64,000 nt of DNA from Rhizaria sp. SCN 62-66 (taxonomy: Eukaryota): NCBI GenBank assembly GCA_001724265.1, contig MEDY01000089.1, positions 62,001-126,000 on the forward strand, in the 5' to 3' direction. Below, one piece after another: positions 63,501-64,000 of the stretch. The translations under genes and the position numbers were made by a program. The notes under the pieces are model-generated. The model made no database searches and had not been told where the DNA came from. It was given only the letters and a program-made list of their open reading frames with translations. Position 1 is the first letter of the stretch. The number at the start of each line of letters is the position of its first letter.

Positions 63501-64000
63501 GCTTTGCGTCGACGTGATCGTAGTTGTTGTTGCTGTGAGCAGTGTTGTGAACACAATATGCGCCGCGTCAGCGGGCGCAAGGGGGGCGACTCCGCCCACA
63601 ACAGCACTTGATAGAGCGCGTGTCGTAGAGGCGCGGGCTGCGGCAGCGGCGGCCGCCGTCGTGACTGCGGCGAAGGAGTGGGTCGGGGCCGGCGGCATGA
63701 ACGGCTGAGGAGCGACGAACCCAGTGACGGCAACGGCGGCGGCGGCGGCAGCTGCCTCAGCCTCGGCGTCGATCTCCGACTCAAGGTTATCAGTCATGTT
63801 AAACTGAGAACCACCACGACTGCTGGCCAAGGGGGTAAGCAGGGCGCTGAAGGGAGCCGGCAACGCAGCAGCCGCTGCTCCCGCCACTGAATCGTTTGCG
63901 AAGCGACTGGCGTCGTCAGGCCCCGCGTTGCCACCGCTGCAGTGCAACGCCGTTGGCATAAACAGTGCCAAGTCTGTGAAGATACGCTCCAGCAGCCGCG
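51588..64000 (-). CDS. Giant ARM/HEAT-type protein, probably rotatin-like; 5' end lies outside the window (>4130 aa)
   Basis: A single open frame runs to the window edge. Leu-rich helical blocks separated by low-complexity inserts. IVLPESLRGTYILP, LSAATSHVSYYGAL and C-terminal ATLCLFRLLSH recall rotatin (from memory, unsearched). Stop TAA. Confidence 0.55.
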   Translation of the reverse strand, partial: RLLERIFTDLALFMPTALHCSGGNAGPDDASRFANDSVAGAAAAALPAPFSALLTPLASSRGGSQFNMTDNLESEIDAEAEAAAAAAAVAVTGFVAPQPFMPPAPTHSFAAVTTAAAAAAARASTTRALSSAVVGGVAPLAPADAAHIVFTTLLTATTTTITSTQSGNSRSAMNVNVFAVFLPLLLRVVPFIFTLPETLVAKGGDFIQPYLDQGYLHDVVTRYLDPLYAAYLPLFSSLLTDSLCAQSYAFQQQQPLAQIPVLPPVAAADRLLALSSSHSSSSSSTSSPSPSPPPSIVLPLLTLLLTVTKGYQSARARVSALYSVSALTRLSRQPRLSAMRSAAETMAGALLSERPLPPSVLCVFTPTRNSPTDNTITNTHISRAVTEAGFLLYHALLLPTLVIANVDTSVSKNGSKNANFSACSAALSICKWDTLGVLSLAQELAQSQSQTTCHQECLTSIVAQLLNNGCKEDPSQLYLFGSPDRGHSRLMLSFVLSFIGGSHPCPRVLYSKAARTSAAVTLAARLPALAGVSTAAALAPSKTLTLEQTLTDLYAADMIALLIYIAHATPELLDTYTANAAAAAARRRREQQALDRFLSQTQSEGETPGGSKSDCGQRRHWLERSALASRLALPELALTVATALVGYSHSHYSRVADGSASAPDESDGTNASSKLGDVLLSHAVRVLSAIGKKLWLSSSQRQPGSDSQTQLPDGVDSDSDSDVDSDDAPSDEANASMSFADEWEAWASGTATVAYQLLTTTHGMDTTDDNNGVAHAAPVNDVVAVGTEARSPTSPAHSRLTSPAHSPASAVRGKPRISWATELVSSASTDAPDGDISSGSAAPAASAVDAKRQRQLSRSQQQKELAAATLALLSHSHSAARADSDVTAPPCLPLPPALRLSLSSALAPGPRTAAAALWALCLSAPAPPPLQARVLDRVAAAAAEVAGCWGALADRGVGASLLAVTAKGVASDVAGARVSVSSCSLGTATADSVSVDEELLLVVGVLRTLGNTPAAAAALLVNLAMRDVLTQAMGHVDGAHAKKNRSRVKSWYLDALLTDLNASSEALPQGPARVCDLESLVALLPAELGGPLSFLLTLLWTVPKNASVNATSVEPATLLALKLLQFESNKEDYATTGQSAAACRLIRTLMSVLPALAVPVFAVIGSAQINDGKNGGSATDTGAAIASAADAAVIRSGAHSVPAVATLAASLAPTAPLVRLFNPTRSVMSGVAVGGAGAAAAALLATELGCPWIATGATVTNNTNCESPSSVIATSANSANREITLVLDRAAVSLARSDMSSLRLLLRRCCSRAAHSRIEAAAELWRRLSHSNALQKAHSYALNDPGSSFTHHEQDQTLQLSESPPVADPLGGVFEHDTHAADATREGSPYINVQVPYAAAGAAMDVAIATASLQLKQHERHLSSDRSTTIDQDAVVEQFCAEVATLTGHFHSISALATASTAADDRDSTVFSAADAALARLVSLLAQHAWLAAHPAAAAGHEATVLTRALLHAPTLLVAAAVPATQSHASDARSHSALLLPPLSARCQLTVTLLCYHYHQYRNSSLDNGDSEQSTSRSGALLSDLALTRATAAYLYHPRPAVRAAALRLLALIGFAPLSLLLPRSSDCQISSHLSSTLPTTADVDSDPHDTSFVTFIASSKLILPWPGVGHHTVATLRALSVAVDTNSAPESETQTAADLSAVNAHGRAGAKNYVVLAGQPPYIVLPESLRGTYILPAPTVYVIPWLTVTPLTLPLTAHATTTITGAKSTVMTSLNSPRAATTTTYTASPDAVTLACSLLAERAAAVPAAAASVSFSPTSQSRAFPGAAFFGTAPALSALSAATSHVSYYGALARLRAATWLDMAAQQWRPMVAPYACSLSSALAVPHLQSQLQARSHSHLLSHACLPPLALPLTSLVTPAQTALCAMQKQQDDGYLDKLNLFPSQLNLLHEAALRKRLWPWSSSLRAQMLRHNAVLSSQAVSLTVNATTATGTSSSAGVDVASLLPLPPQLSWWCGGAGTHGRECGDSALFLSPALFFSPLLTPTASATTATSSSVLLPPCLLRTMTLPPVSAADAILHTTGNETALLLTTSCCLDDATNTMNTPAPRHALKSHGLSFLPRGLTFLGAGYPLAGTAQWLASGLMSAATATDTGASTGAWAEALTRATAAAAVAVTAAAAVRRALVGASVNADTHHELKPLTPLVVLLATVWLQLVRQRQRQLTRCAHPTSLAAAVKSRRGGVETASSTGVSHVADVVDVGVAVGVEESVICTAGADGSTVHDAVSRFVLVKPLVAPLHSHHAAANPLSASSIASSDASHMNEVQLVPTDLALLTVTALKSVLAALRSRSPLHHHNTNINHPLQQQQQQQQHQQQPHHERPVNLFDIGYNAALLGSLTTTSHNTTPVNPEPTQSPSTQSIVYHSHEHGVRTPAKFRVVTQANNAITDNSGHNNSSVVSAGALATQHYSERSVYHDIDYNDARNYASLVSPNLILQQHNLLTMHSTPQPPQQRLLVRTRDSSSSAATTVTATQPTLTAPASATANAVAATSGPGSLMLRLALTARLLGLSCATGANFDDDAMFADGLVSRQVFSVLPRVLAYLAPPQFSRTDQALTPSKGDITGQRKSDAMMMQVVDSMAVHSREPHMEHLDFINEALAFLSTAIPRALDRPQSHASSLDALALPFKPDTSANPARVNASGNAGLGWLLHYLAHPHSRTQLRAWRALAAALRSPRLLLRTLATQPELLATVVASAAAAASGMATLAAGGDVSELLCVLLESVCALLTTVSSFTKEIAAATKTESDLCSSGSANSKYTVTNTDGDDLAMLNGNAAGNANAADQVGTTMSDSIVGELIAALSDAESAHVSGVVTKLAHSVPALLAIVSSQLAAESKSRPDGSNWFVRSMAATASLAVATLGISQDQQQREFGAGGSPVAVPVALPLPAATITNILSFAPVALSCLEQQSSGCDHEYALTVLSCCAQITKSCLDIGVLLPLSMNFSSSDCVNAESSHNTRNSVDTSPSPIAMTIARTLLLLLSTPQQSPTTEEHHETATDGGSADPVAVTVASLPAFTTTARAAAARSVLCAAAAMLRVCPALGARSLTAAAAAAAVNVQSPQEVVVGALGKAVAVADWLLLQLKHSLHSCNTAASDTKPSGFVRSKDLAVAAAFFDVQEGFSNLTLTQPIVETAIAAGATLMTTVASSIVDFCVAFDSINNHNQDGDTEDGCLPFLASAAATALADGAVIAAATAQGYLAPHDGYSDNLTSDNSNGRSKRSRRSKTATEAANTDAGPESSRDTASSKQSMLKGILKKSRFLDFDEAEAQDSASTNKDDGSSVEYLDNQGYFDSGDFAEPEHSAIVSFDQSTGSVPDGGASTSTSLVESGYMTASDEAGYVHGALLPGYNPGAVATAFNPARSISLSSDNAKSGTGAVAMTDMCLAHTRGLTVGKDGTVAGPAVAVWALFSYLRNHPGQLLSYSVLRAVAAVMARFASAKAAAMLPLPDTDTTDREYCVPVTLFPTPVQSLVYALSLPPWVPRLDRSKYSAGNHQSSAITLTQWLMSALIHASADSKSQSNNGSLPLVTTAMQALLCAPPPSLAPLLSLSVPLLPTTHGIADTGRVGLFSEGSVNVNLPTTLLALLTCDQKGHDSQPLRDAGLVLTQAYSRAFSYPALQTLDTAPHGTMPRDLAAFAVATVTSALTTTTTTVSSSALGSDSIALLTPPVAVVLSVLTTAVPITNAGEDAVRSQSHAVLKRSKHLTVTSSHWISSCEASLTQSSADAQSRVCPQSLLTETVLEHSRTAAFTATKSASSPASKAATMTANAKALAMLSRKTSFPVALASAVFTPDTTSSRAVGARTSASKSQYSTNVRAVLLSLTVIAATPTGPRLLAPAINSAATAHSHPAAAAAPSQSDIGTSFGVLLAEAETHARRNKWALAGEVLTIATAMLCPSRRAGSNVTTGSDSGLGAVGAGIGVVAVNDWLLPDNKWAIDSLLYLSTPAAHGKSTMAGGTSSLVNVEARGVTASLATLCLFRLLSHCSRPLATSLLRPGTLIPALANVAAASLSGSAPSPACLLADGSFSRLQCARFGLFCVPPAAVVAKDVLIHLASTHTMAAKQLQAAVLAAAEAEAETAV

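Noticed and set aside
1-64000. tRNA (including a CUA suppressor), rRNA, CRISPR array, transposase or reverse transcriptase
   Set aside because: None recognised by eye. A covariance-model scan is needed to exclude small RNA genes.

Overview
Gene-dense eukaryotic (protist-like) nuclear DNA. Exons are GC-rich; introns are short (117-222 nt), lower in GC, GT-AG, and mostly have GTACG donors. I can build 12 protein-coding gene models: RPB6, topoisomerase III beta, a DUF2608/HAD-like protein, an ARM-like protein, PIP5K, a membrane MORN protein, a THUMP tRNA methyltransferase, a BAR-PH protein, an ankyrin-like protein, a WGR-domain protein, dynactin p62, and a partial rotatin-like giant. There is also a decayed tandem paralogue of the ARM-like gene. 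The main signal is that three genes carry a single in-frame TAG where coding sequence appears to continue (6840, 14676, 48222), while every other modelled gene ends in TAA or TGA. This points to UAG being read as a sense codon (UAG-only reassignment or efficient readthrough). TAG is very rare here (3 in roughly 16,000 codons), and each case alone has a standard-code alternative, so this is a hypothesis to test. Family calls come from motif recognition by eye; no searches were run.
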